Positions 40,701 to 54,800 of a DNA stretch of 64,000 bases are shown in pieces. The stretch comes from Auanema rhodensis (taxonomy: Eukaryota; Animalia; Nematoda): assembly GCA_964057225.1 (NCBI GenBank), contig OZ059899.1, forward strand, positions 620,001 to 684,000, in the 5' to 3' direction. The notes below the pieces were generated by a model. The model was not told the origin of the DNA and did not search any database. It saw only the letters and a program-made list of their open reading frames with translations. Every line of letters starts with the position of its first letter. Positions within the stretch are counted from its first letter, which is position 1. A program made the translations under genes and the position numbers.

Positions 40701-43700
40701 ATGAAAACCGCATCTCTTTATCTTTCACGTGAAGCGAGTTACATACCAAGTGCACATCACGTGTACATTTAATTAGCATAAATCAAAGTTCACGTAAATT
40801 TCAAAGTCATGGTTACCATGAACCAATATCAATAAAAATTTGTTTTTAGACTAATATGGACATGGGGAATCTAATTTTGAAAACCGCATCTTTTTATCTT
40901 TCACGTGAAGCGAGTTACATACCAAGTGCACATCACGTGTACATTTAATTAGCATAAATTAAAGTTCACGTAAATTTCAAAGTCATGGTTACCATGCACC
41001 AATATCAATAAAAATTTGTTTTTAGACTAATATGGACATGGGGAATCTAATTTTGAAAACCGCATCTCTTTATCTTTCACGTGAAGCGAGTTACATACCA
41101 AGTGCACATCACGTGTACATTTAATTAGCATAAATTAAAGTTCACGTAAATTTCAAAGTCATGGTTACCATGAACCAATATCAATTAATATTTGTTTTTA
41201 GACTAATATGGACATGGGGAATCTAATTTTGAAAACCGCATCTCTTTATCTTTCACGTGAAGCGAGTTACATACCAAGTGCACATCACGTGTACATTTAA
41301 TTAGCATAAATTAAAGTACACGTAAATTTCAAAGTCATGGTTACCATGAACCAATATCAATAAAAATTTGTTTTTAGACTAATATGGACATAGGGAATCT
41401 AATTTTGAAAACCGCATCTCTTTATCTTTCACGTGAAGCGAGTTACATACCAAGTGCACATCACGTGTACATTTAATTAGCATAAATTAAAGTTCACGTA
41501 AATTTCAAAGTCATGGTTACCATGAACCAATATCAATAAAAATTTGTTTTTAGGCTAATATGGACATGGGGAATCTAATTTTGAAAACCGCATCTCTTTA
41601 TCTTTCACGTGAAGCGAGTTACATACCAAGTGCACATCACGTGTACATTTAATTAGCATAAATTAAAGTTCACGTAAATTTCAAAGTCATGGTTACCATG
41701 AACCAATATCAATAAAAATTTGTTTTTAGACTAATATGGACATGGGGAATCTAATTTTGAAAACCGCATTTCTTTATCTTTCACGTGAAGCGAGTTACAT
41801 ACCAAGTGCACATCACGTGTACATTTAATTAGCATAAATTAAAGTTCACGTAAATTTCAAAGTCATGGTTACCATGCACCAATATCAATAAAAATTTGTT
41901 TTTAGACTAATATGGACATGGGGAATCTAATTTTGAAAACCGCATTTCTTTATCTTTCACGTGAAGCGAGTTACATACCAAGTGCACATCACGTGTACAT
42001 TTAATTAGCATAAATTAAAGTTCACGTAAATTTCAAAGTCATGGTTACCATGCACCAATATCAATAAAAATTTGTTTTTAGACTAATATGGACATGGGGA
42101 ATCTAATTTTGAAAACCGCATCTCTTTATCTTTCACGTGAAGCGAGTTACATACCAAGTGCACATCACGTGTACATTTAATTAGCATAAATCAAAGTTCA
42201 CGTAAATTTCAAAGTCATGGTTACCATGAACCAATATCAATAAAAATTTGTTTTTAGACTAATATGGACATGGGGAATCTAATTTTGAAAACCGCATCTT
42301 TTTATCTTTCACGTGAAGCGAGTTACATACCAAGTGCACATCACGTGTACATTTAATTAGCATAAATTAAAGTTCACGTAAATTTCAAAGTCATGGTTAC
42401 CATGCACCAATATCAATAAAAATTTGTTTTTAGACTAATATGGACATAGGGAATCTAATTTTGAAAACCGCATCTCTTTATCTTTCACGTGAAGCGAGTT
42501 ACATACCAAGTGCACATCACGTGTACATTTAATTAGCATAAATTAAAGTTCACGTAAATTTCAAAGTCATGGTTACCATGAACCAATATCAATAAAAATT
42601 TGTTTTTAGACTAATATGGACATGGGGAATCTAATTTTGAAAACCGCATCTCTTTATCTTTCACGTGAAGCGAGTTACATACCAAGGGCACATCACGTGT
42701 ACATTTAATTAGCATAAATTAAAGTTCACGTAAATTTCAAAGTCATGGTTACCATGAACCAATATCAATAAAAATTTGTTTTTAGACTAATATGGACATG
42801 GGGAATCTAATTATGAAAACCGCATCTCTTTATCTTTCACGTGAAGCGAGTTACATACCAAGTGCACATCACGTGTACATTTAATTAGCATAAATCAAAG
42901 TTCACGTAAATTTCAAAGTCATGGTTACCATGAACCAATATCAATAAAAATTTGTTTTTAGACTAATATGGACATGGGGAATCTAATTTTGAAAACCGCA
43001 TCTTTTTATCTTTCACGTGAAGCGAGTTACATACCAAGTGCACATCACGTGTACATTTAATTAGCATAAATTAAAGTTCACGTAAATTTCAAAGTCATGG
43101 TTACCATGCACCAATATCAATAAAAATTTGTTTTTAGACTAATATGGACATGGGGAATCTAATTTTGAAAACCGCATCTCTTTATCTTTCACGTGAAGCG
43201 AGTTACATACCAAGTGCACATCACGTGTACATTTAATTAGCATAAATTAAAGTTCACGTAAATTTCAAAGTCATGGTTACCATGAACCAATATCAATTAA
43301 TATTTGTTTTTAGACTAATATGGACATGGGGAATCTAATTTTGAAAACCGCATCTCTTTATCTTTCACGTGAAGCGAGTTACATACCAAGTGCACATCAC
43401 GTGTACATTTAATTAGCATAAATTAAAGTACACGTAAATTTCAAAGTCATGGTTACCATGAACCAATATCAATAAAAATTTGTTTTTAGACTAATATGGA
43501 CATAGGGAATCTAATTTTGAAAACCGCATCTCTTTATCTTTCACGTGAAGCGAGTTACATACCAAGTGCACATCACGTGTACATTTAATTAGCATAAATT
43601 AAAGTTCACGTAAATTTCAAAGTCATGGTTACCATGAACCAATATCAATAAAAATTTGTTTTTAGGCTAATATGGACATGGGGAATCTAATTTTGAAAAC

Positions 43701-46700
43701 CGCATCTCTTTATCTTTCACGTGAAGCGAGTTACATACCAAGTGCACATCACGTGTACATTTAATTAGCATAAATTAAAGTTCACGTAAATTTCAAAGTC
43801 ATGGTTACCATGAACCAATATCAATAAAAATTTGTTTTTAGACTAATATGGACATGGGGAATCTAATTTTGAAAACCGCATTTCTTTATCTTTCACGTGA
43901 AGCGAGTTACATACCAAGTGCACATCACGTGTACATTTAATTAGCATAAATTAAAGTTCACGTAAATTTCAAAGTCATGGTTACCATGCACCAATATCAA
44001 TAAAAATTTGTTTTTAGACTAATATGGACATGGGGAATCTAATTTTGAAAACCGCATTTCTTTATCTTTCACGTGAAGCGAGTTACATACCAAGTGCACA
44101 TCACGTGTACATTTAATTAGCATAAATTAAAGTTCACGTAAATTTCAAAGTCATGGTTACCATGCACCAATATCAATAAAAATTTGTTTTTAGACTAATA
44201 TGGACATGGGGAATCTAATTTTGAAAACCGCATCTCTTTATCTTTCACGTGAAGCGAGTTACATACCAAGTGCACATCACGTGTACATTTAATTAGCATA
44301 AATCAAAGTTCACGTAAATTTCAAAGTCATGGTTACCATGAACCAATATCAATAAAAATTTGTTTTTAGACTAATATGGACATGGGGAATCTAATTTTGA
44401 AAACCGCATCTTTTTATCTTTCACGTGAAGCGAGTTACATACCAAGTGCACATCACGTGTACATTTAATTAGCATAAATTAAAGTTCACGTAAATTTCAA
44501 AGTCATGGTTACCATGCACCAATATCAATAAAAATTTGTTTTTAGACTAATATGGACATGGGGAATCTAATTTTGAAAACCGCATCTCTTTATCTTTCAC
44601 GTGAAGCGAGTTACATACCAAGTGCACATCACGTGTACATTTAATTAGCATAAATTAAAGTTCACGTAAATTTCAAAGTCATGGTTACCATGAACCAATA
44701 TCAATTAATATTTGTTTTTAGACTAATATGGACATGGGGAATCTAATTTTGAAAACCGCATCTCTTTATCTTTCACGTGAAGCGAGTTACATACCAAGTG
44801 CACATCACGTGTACATTTAATTAGCATAAATTAAAGTACACGTAAATTTCAAAGTCATGGTTACCATGAACCAATATCAATAAAAATTTGTTTTTAGACT
44901 AATATGGACATAGGGAATCTAATTTTGAAAACCGCATCTCTTTATCTTTCACGTGAAGCGAGTTACATACCAAGTGCACATCACGTGTACATTTAATTAG
45001 CATAAATTAAAGTTCACGTAAATTTCAAAGTCATGGTTACCATGAACCAATATCAATAAAAATTTGTTTTTAGACTAATATGGACATGGGGAATCTAATT
45101 TTGAAAACCGCATCTCTTTATCTTTCACGTGAAGCGAGTTACATACCAAGTGCACATCACGTGTACATTTAATTAGCATAAATTAAAGTTCACGTAAATT
45201 TCAAAGTCATGGTTACCATGAACCAATATCAATAAAAATTTGTTTTTAGACTAATATGGACATGGGGAATCTAATTTTGAAAACCGCATTTCTTTATCTT
45301 TCACGTGAAGCGAGTTACATACCAAGTGCACATCACGTGTACATTTAATTAGCATAAATTAAAGTTCACGTAAATTTCAAAGTCATGGTTACCATGCACC
45401 AATATCAATAAAAATTTGTTTTTAGACTAATATGGACATGGGGAATCTAATTTTGAAAACCGCATCTCTTTATCTTTCACGTGAAGCGAGTTACATACCA
45501 AGTGCACATCACGTGTACATTTAATTAGCATAAATTAAAGTTCACGTAAATTTCAAAGTCATGGTTACCATGAACCAATATCAATAAAAATTTGTTTTTA
45601 GACTAATATGGACATGGGGAATCTAATTTTGAAAACCGCATCTCTTTATCTTTCACGTGAAGCGAGTTACATACCAAGTGCACATCACGTGTACATTTAA
45701 TTAGCATAAATTAAAGTTCACGTAAATTTCAAAGTCATGGTTACCATGCACCAATATCAATAAAAATTTGTTTTTAGACTACTTTTGACTGTTTTTAGAC
45801 CCATCACGTGTACATTTAATTAGCATAAATTAAAGTTCACGTAAATTTCAAAGTCATGGTTACCATGAACCAATATCAATAAAAATTTGTTTTTAGACTA
45901 ATATGGACATGGGGAATCTAATTTTGAAAACCGCATCTCTTTATCTTTCACGTGAAGCGAGTTACATACCAAGTGCACATCACGTGTACATTTAATTAGC
46001 ATAAATTAAAGTTCACGTAAATTTCAAAGTCATGGTTACCATGAACCAATATCAATAAAAATTTGTTTTTAGACTAATATGGACATGGGGAATCTAATTT
46101 TGAAAACCGCATCTCTTTATCTTTCACGTGAAGCGAGTTACATACCAAGTGCACATCACGTGTACATTTAATTAGCATAAATCAAAGTTCACGTGAATTT
46201 CAAAGTCATGGTTACCATGAACCAATATCAATAAAAATTTGTTTTTAGACTAATATGGACATGGGGAATCTAATTTTGAAAACCGCATCTTTTTATCTTT
46301 CACGTGAAGCGAGTTACATACCAAGTGCACATCACGTGTACATTTAATTAGCATAAATTAAAGTTCACGTAAATTTCAAAGTCATGGTTACCATGCACCA
46401 ATATCAATAAAAATTTGTTTTTAGACTAATATGGACATGGGGAATCTAATTTTGAAAACCGCATCTCTTTATCTTTCACGTGAAGCGAGTTACATACCAA
46501 GTGCACATCACGTGTACATTTAATTAGCATAAATTAAAGTTCACGTAAATTTCAAAGTCATGGTTACCATGAACCAATATCAATAAAAATTTGTTTTTAG
46601 ACTAATATGGACATGGGGAATCTAATTTTGAAAACCGCATCTCTTTATCTTTCACGTGAAGCGAGTTACATACCAAGTGCACATCACGTGTACATTTAAT

Positions 46701-49700
46701 TAGCATAAATTAAAGTTCACGTAAATTTCAAAGTCATGGTTACCATGAACCAATATCAATAAAAATTTGTTTTTAGACTAATATGGACATGGGGAATCTA
46801 ATTTTGAAAACCGCATCTCTTTATCTTTCACGTTAAGCGAGTTACATACCAAGAGCACATCACGTGTACATTTAATTAGCATAAATTAAAGTTCACGTAA
46901 ATTTCAAAGTCATGGTTACCATGAACCAATATCAATAAAAATTTGTTTTTAGACTAATATGGACATGGGGAATCTAATTTTGAAAACCGCATCTCTTTAT
47001 CTTTCACGTGAAGCGAGTTACATACCAAGTGCACATCACGTGTACATTTAATTAGCATAAATTAAAGTTCACGTAAATTTCAAAGTCATGGTTACCATGA
47101 ACCAATATCAATAAAAATTTGTTTTTAGACTAATATGGACATGGGGAATCTAATTTTGAAAACCGCATTTCTTTATCTTTCACGTGAAGCGAGTTACATA
47201 CCAAGTGCACATCACGTGTACATTTAATTAGCATAAATTAAAGTTCACGTAAATTTCAAAGTCATGGTTACCATGAACCAATATCAATAAAAATTTGTTT
47301 TTAGACTAATATGGACATGGGGAATCTAATTTTGAAAACCGCATCTCTTTATCTTTCACGTGAAGCGAGTTACATACCAAGTGCACATCACGTGTACATT
47401 TAATTCGCATAAATTAAAGTTCACGTAAATTTCAAAGTCATGGTTACCATGCACCAATATCAATAAAAATTTGTTTTTAGACTAATATGGACATGGGGAA
47501 TCTAATTTTGAAAACCGCATTTCTTTATCTTTCACGTGAAGCGAGTTACATACCAAGTGCACATCACGTGTACATTTAATTAGCATAAATTAAAGTTCAC
47601 GTAAATTTCAAAGTCATGGTTACCATGCACCAATATCAATAAAAATTTGTTTTTAGACTAATATGGACATGGGGAATCTAATTTTGAAAACCGCATCTCT
47701 TTATCTTTCACGTGAAGCGAGTTACATACCAAGTGCACATCACGTGTACATTTAATTAGCATAAATCAAAGTTCACGTAAATTTCAAAGTCATGGTTACC
47801 ATGAACCAATATCAATAAAAATTTGTTTTTAGACTAATATGGACATGGGGAATCTAATTTTGAAAACCGCATCTTTTTATCTTTCACGTGAAGCGAGTTA
47901 CATACCAAGTGCACATCACGTGTACATTTAATTAGCATAAATTAAAGTTCACGTAAATTTCAAAGTCATGGTTACCATGCACCAATATCAATAAAAATTT
48001 GTTTTTAGACTAATATGGACATGGGGAATCTAATTTTGAAAACCGCATCTCTTTATCTTTCACGTGAAGCGAGTTACATACCAAGTGCACATCACGTGTA
48101 CATTTAATTAGCATAAATTAAAGTTCACGTAAATTTCAAAGTCATGGTTACCATGAACCAATATCAATTAATATTTGTTTTTAGACTAATATGGACATGG
48201 GGAATCTAATTTTGAAAACCGCATCTCTTTATCTTTCACGTGAAGCGAGTTACATACCAAGTGCACATCACGTGTACATTTAATTAGCATAAATTAAAGT
48301 ACACGTAAATTTCAAAGTCATGGTTACCATGAACCAATATCAATAAAAATTTGTTTTTAGACTAATATGGACATAGGGAATCTAATTTTGAAAACCGCAT
48401 CTCTTTATCTTTCACGTGAAGCGAGTTACATACCAAGTGCACATCACGTGTACATTTAATTAGCATAAATTAAAGTTCACGTAAATTTCAAAGTCATGGT
48501 TACCATGAACCAATATCAATAAAAATTTGTTTTTAGACTAATATGGACATGGGGAATCTAATTTTGAAAACCGCATCTCTTTATCTTTCACGTGAAGCGA
48601 GTTACATACCAAGTGCACATCACGTGTACATTTAATTAGCATAAATTAAAGTTCACGTAAATTTCAAAGTCATGGTTACCATGAACCAATATCAATAAAA
48701 ATTTGTTTTTAGACTAATATGGACATGGGGAATCTAATTTTGAAAACCGCATTTCTTTATCTTTCACGTGAAGCGAGTTACATACCAAGTGCACATCACG
48801 TGTACATTTAATTAGCATAAATTAAAGTTCACGTAAATTTCAAAGTCATGGTTACCATGCACCAATATCAATAAAAATTTGTTTTTAGACTAATATGGAC
48901 ATGGGGAATCTAATTTTGAAAACCGCATCTCTTTATCTTTCACGTGAAGCGAGTTACATACCAAGTGCACATCACGTGTACATTTAATTAGCATAAATTA
49001 AAGTTCACGTAAATTTCAAAGTCATGGTTACCATGAACCAATATCAATAAAAATTTGTTTTTAGACTAATATGGACATGGGGAATCTAATTTTGAAAACC
49101 GCATCTCTTTATCTTTCACGTGAAGCGAGTTACATACCAAGTGCACATCACGTGTACATTTAATTAGCATAAATTAAAGTTCACGTAAATTTCAAAGTCA
49201 TGGTTACCATGCACCAATATCAATAAAAATTTGTTTTTAGACTACTTTTGACTGTTTTTAGACCCATCACGTGTACATTTAATTAGCATAAATTAAAGTT
49301 CACGTAAATTTCAAAGTCATGGTTACCATGAACCAATATCAATAAAAATTTGTTTTTAGACTAATATGGACATGGGGAATCTAATTTTGAAAACCGCATC
49401 TCTTTATCTTTCACGTGAAGCGAGTTACATACCAAGTGCACATCACGTGTACATTTAATTAGCATAAATTAAAGTTCACGTAAATTTCAAAGTCATGGTT
49501 ACCATGAACCAATATCAATAAAAATTTGTTTTTAGACTAATATGGACATGGGGAATCTAATTTTGAAAACCGCATCTCTTTATCTTTCACGTGAAGCGAG
49601 TTACATACCAAGTGCACATCACGTGTACATTTAATTAGCATAAATCAAAGTTCACGTGAATTTCAAAGTCATGGTTACCATGAACCAATATCAATAAAAA

Positions 49701-51847
49701 TTTGTTTTTAGACTAATATGGACATGGGGAATCTAATTTTGAAAACCGCATCTTTTTATCTTTCACGTGAAGCGAGTTACATACCAAGTGCACATCACGT
49801 GTACATTTAATTAGCATAAATTAAAGTTCACGTAAATTTCAAAGTCATGGTTACCATGAACCAATATCAATAAAAATTTGTTTTTAGACTAATATGGACA
49901 TGGGGAATCTAATTTTGAAAACCGCATTTTTTTATCTTTCACGTGAAGCGAGTTACATACCAAGTGCACATCACGTGTACATTTAATTAGCATAAATTAA
50001 AGTTCACGTAAATTTCAAAGTCATGGTTACCATGAACCAATATCAATAAAAATTTGTTTTTAGACTAATATGGACATGGGGAATCTAATTTTGAAAACCG
50101 CATCTCTTTATCTTTCACGTGAAGCGAGTTACATACCAAGTGCACATCACGTGTACATTTAATTCGCATAAATTAAAGTTCACGTAAATTTCAAAGTCAT
50201 GGTTACCATGCACCAATATCAATAAAAATTTGTTTTTAGACTAATATGGACATGGGGAATCTAATTTTGAAAACCGCATTTCTTTATCTTTCACGTGAAG
50301 CGAGTTACATACCAAGTGCACATCACGTGTACATTTAATTAGCATAAATTAAAGTTCACGTAAATTTCAAAGTCATGGTTACCATGCACCAATATCAATA
50401 AAAATTTGTTTTTAGACTAATATGGACATGGGGAATCTAATTTTGAAAACCGCATCTCTTTATCTTTCACGTGAAGCGAGTTACATACCAAGTGCACATC
50501 ACGTGTACATTTAATTAGCATAAATCAAAGTTCACGTAAATTTCAAAGTCATGGTTACCATGAACCAATATCAATAAAAATTTGTTTTTAGACTAATATG
50601 GACATGGGGAATCTAATTTTGAAAACCGCATCTTTTTATCTTTCACGTGAAGCGAGTTACATACCAAGTGCACATCACGTGTACATTTAATTAGCATAAA
50701 TTAAAGTTCACGTAAATTTCAAAGTCATGGTTACCATGCACCAATATCAATAAAAATTTGTTTTTAGACTAATATGGACATGGGGAATCTAATTTTGAAA
50801 ACCGCATCTCTTTATCTTTCACGTGAAGCGAGTTACATACCAAGTGCACATCACGTGTACATTTAATTAGCATAAATTAAAGTTCACGTAAATTTCAAAG
50901 TCATGGTTACCATGAACCAATATCAATTAATATTTGTTTTTAGACTAATATGGACATGGGGAATCTAACTTTGAAAACCGCATCTCTTTATCTTTCACGT
51001 GAAGCGAGTTACATACCAAGTGAACATCACGTGTACATTTAATTAGCATAAATTAAAGTTCACGTAAATTTCAAAGTCATGGTTACCATGAACCAATATC
51101 AATTAATATTTGTTTTTAGACTAATATGGACATGGGGAATCTAATTTTGAAAACCGCATCTCTTTATCTTTCACGTGAAGCGAGTTACATACCAAGTGCA
51201 CATCACGTGTACATTTAATTAGCATAAATTAAAGTACACGTAAATTTCAAAGTCATGGTTACCATGAACCAATATCAATAAAAATTTGTTTTTAGACTAA
51301 TATGGACATAGGGAATCTAATTTTGAAAACCGCATCTCTTTATCTTTCACGTGAAGCGAGTTACATACCAAGTGCACATCACGTGTACATTTAATTAGCA
51401 TAAATTAAAGTTCACGTAAATTTCAAAGTCATGGTTACCATGAACCAATATCAATAAAAATTTGTTTTTAGACTAATATGGACATGGGGAATCTAATTTT
51501 GAAAACCGCATCTCTTTATCTTTCACGTGAAGCGAGTTACATACCAAGTGCACATCACGTGTACATTTAATTAGCATAAATTAAAGTTCACGTAAATTTC
51601 AAAGTCATGGTTACCATGAACCAATATCAATAAAAATTTGTTTTTAGACTAATATGGACATGGGGAATCTAATTTTGAAAACCGCATCTCTTTATCTTTC
51701 ACGTGAAGCGAGTTACATACCAAGTGCACATCACGTGTACATTTAATTAGCATAAATTAAAGTTCACGTAAATTTCAAAGTCATGGTTACCATGCACCAA
51801 TATCAATAAAAATTTGTTTTTAGACTACTTTTGACTGTTTTTAGACC
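25765..51847. repeat. Ten dispersed copies of a fused 295-bp dimer (77-bp deletion plus 20-bp filler CTTTTGACTGTTTTTAGACC)
   Basis: The filler starts at 25765, 26764, 28115, 33514, 36097, 38504, 40383, 45782, 49245 and 51828. All spacings equal n x 176 - 57. Confidence 0.95.
28115..48160. repeat. About 8-kb block duplicated at a 12,268-bp offset (about 28.1-35.9 kb vs 40.4-48.2 kb); boundaries approximate
   Basis: Markers match at offset 12268: filler 28115/40383 and 33514/45782, TTTTCAGACT 28403/40671, TAATTCGC 35138/47406. The match fails at 48169 (AATTAATATT variant absent at 35901). Confidence 0.88.
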
Positions 51848-54800
51848 CATCACGTGTACATTTAATTAGCATAAATTAAAGTTCACGTAAATTTCAAAGT
51901 CATGGTTACCATGAACCAATATCAATAAAAATTTGTTTTTAGACTAATATGGACATGGGGAATCTAATTTTGAAAACCGCATCTCTTTATCTTTCACGTG
52001 AAGCGAGTTACATACCAAGTGCACATCACGTGTACATTTAATTAGCATAAATTAAAGTTCACGTAAATTTCAAAGTCATGGTTACCATGAACCAATATCA
52101 ATAAAAATTTGTTTTTAGACTAATATGGACATGGGGAATCTAATTTTGAAAACCGCATCTCTTTATCTTTCACGTGAAGCGAGTTACATACCAAGTGCAC
52201 ATCACGTGTACATTTAATTAGCATAAATCAAAGTTCACGTGAATTTCAAAGTCATGGTTACCATGAACCAATATCAATAAAAATTTGTTTTTAGACTAAT
52301 ATGGACATGGGGAATCTAATTTTGAAAACCGCATCTTTTTATCTTTCACGTGAAGCGAGTTACATACCAAGTGCACATCACGTGTACATTTAATTAGCAT
52401 AAATTAAAGTTCACGTAAATTTCAAAGTCATGGTTACCATGAACCAATATCAATAAAAATTTGTTTTTAGACTAATATGGACATGGGGAATCTAATTTTG
52501 AAAACCGCATCTCTTTATCTTTCACGTGAAGCGAGTTACATACCAAGTGCACATCACGTGTACATTTAATTAGCATAAATTAAAGTTCACGTAAATTTCA
52601 AAGTCATGGTTACCATGAACCAATATCAATAAAAATTTGTTTTTAGACTAATATGGACATGGGGAATCTAATTTTGAAAACCGCATCTCTTTATCTTTCA
52701 CGTGAAGCGAGTTACATACCAAGTGCACATCACGTGTACATTTAATTAGCATAAATCAAAGTTCACGTAAATTTCAAAGTCATGGTTACCATGCACCAAT
52801 ATCAATAAAAATTTGTTTTTAGACTAATATGGACATGGGGAATCTAATTTTGAAAACCGCATCTCTTTATCTTTCACGTGAAGCGAGTTACATACCAAGT
52901 GCACATCACGTGTACATTTAATTAGCATAAATTAAAGTTCACGTAAATTTCAAAGTCATGGTTACCATGAACCAATATCAATAAAAATTTGTTTTTAGAC
53001 TAATATGGACATGGGGAATCTAATTTTGAAAACCGCATCTCTTTATCTTTCACGTGAAGCGAGTTACATACCAAGTGCACATCACGTGTACATTTAATTA
53101 GCATAAATTAAAGTTCACGTAAATTTCAAAGTCATGGTTACCATGAACCAATATCAATAAAAATTTGTTTTTAGACTAATATGGACATGGGGAATCTAAT
53201 TTTGAAAACCGCATCTCTTTATCTTTCACGTTAAGCGAGTTACATACCAAGAGCACATCACGTGTACATTTAATTAGCATAAATTAAAGTTCACGTAAAT
53301 TTCAAAGTCATGGTTACCATGAACCAATATCAATAAAAATTTGTTTTTAGACTAATATGGACATGGGGAATCTAATTTTGAAAACCGCATCTCTTTATCT
53401 TTCACGTGAAGCGAGTTACATACCAAGTGCACATCACGTGTACATTTAATTAGCATAAATTAAAGTTCACGTAAATTTCAAAGTCATGGTTACCATGAAC
53501 CAATATCAATAAAAATTTGTTTTTAGACTAATATGGACATGGGGAATCTAATTTTGAAAACCGCATTTCTTTATCTTTCACGTGAAGCGAGTTACATACC
53601 AAGTGCACATCACGTGTACATTTAATTAGCATAAATTAAAGTTCACGTAAATTTCAAAGTCATGGTTACCATGAACCAATATCAATAAAAATTTGTTTTT
53701 AGACTAATATGGACATGGGGAATCTAATTTTGAAAACCGCATCTCTTTATCTTTCACGTGAAGCGAGTTACATACCAAGTGCACATCACGTGTACATTTA
53801 ATTAGCATAAATTAAAGTTCACGTAAATTTCAAAGTCATGGTTACCATGCACCAATATCAATAAAAATTTGTTTTTAGACTAATATGGACATGGGGAATC
53901 TAATTTTGAAAACCGCATCTCTTTATCTTTCACGTGAAGCGAGTTACATACCAAGTGCACATCACGTGTACATTTAATTAGCATAAATTAAAGTTCACGT
54001 AAATTTCAAAGTCATGGTTACCATGCACCAATATCAATAAAAATTTGTTTTTAGACTAATATGGACATGGGGAATCTAATTTTGAAAACCGCATTTCTTT
54101 ATCTTTCACGTGAAGCGAGTTACATACCAAGTGCACATCACGTGTACATTTAATTAGCATAAATTAAAGTTCACGTAAATTTCAAAGTCATGGTTACCAT
54201 GCACCAATATCAATAAAAATTTGTTTTTAGACTAATATGGACATGGGGAATCTAATTTTGAAAACCGCATCTCTTTATCTTTCACGTGAAGCGAGTTACA
54301 TACCAAGTGCACATCACGTGTACATTTAATTAGCATAAATCAAAGTTCACGTAAATTTCAAAGTCATGGTTACCATGAACCAATATCAATAAAAATTTGT
54401 TTTTAGACTAATATGGACATGGGGAATCTAATTTTGAAAACCGCATCTTTTTATCTTTCACGTGAAGCGAGTTACATACCAAGTGCACATCACGTGTACA
54501 TTTAATTAGCATAAATTAAAGTTCACGTAAATTTCAAAGTCATGGTTACCATGCACCAATATCAATAAAAATTTGTTTTTAGACTAATATGGACATGGGG
54601 AATCTAATTTTGAAAACCGCATCTCTTTATCTTTCACGTGAAGCGAGTTACATACCAAGTGCACATCACGTGTACATTTAATTAGCATAAATTAAAGTTC
54701 ACGTAAATTTCAAAGTCATGGTTACCATGAACCAATATCAATAAAAATTTGTTTTTAGACTAATATGGACATGGGGAATCTAATTTTGAAAACCGCATCT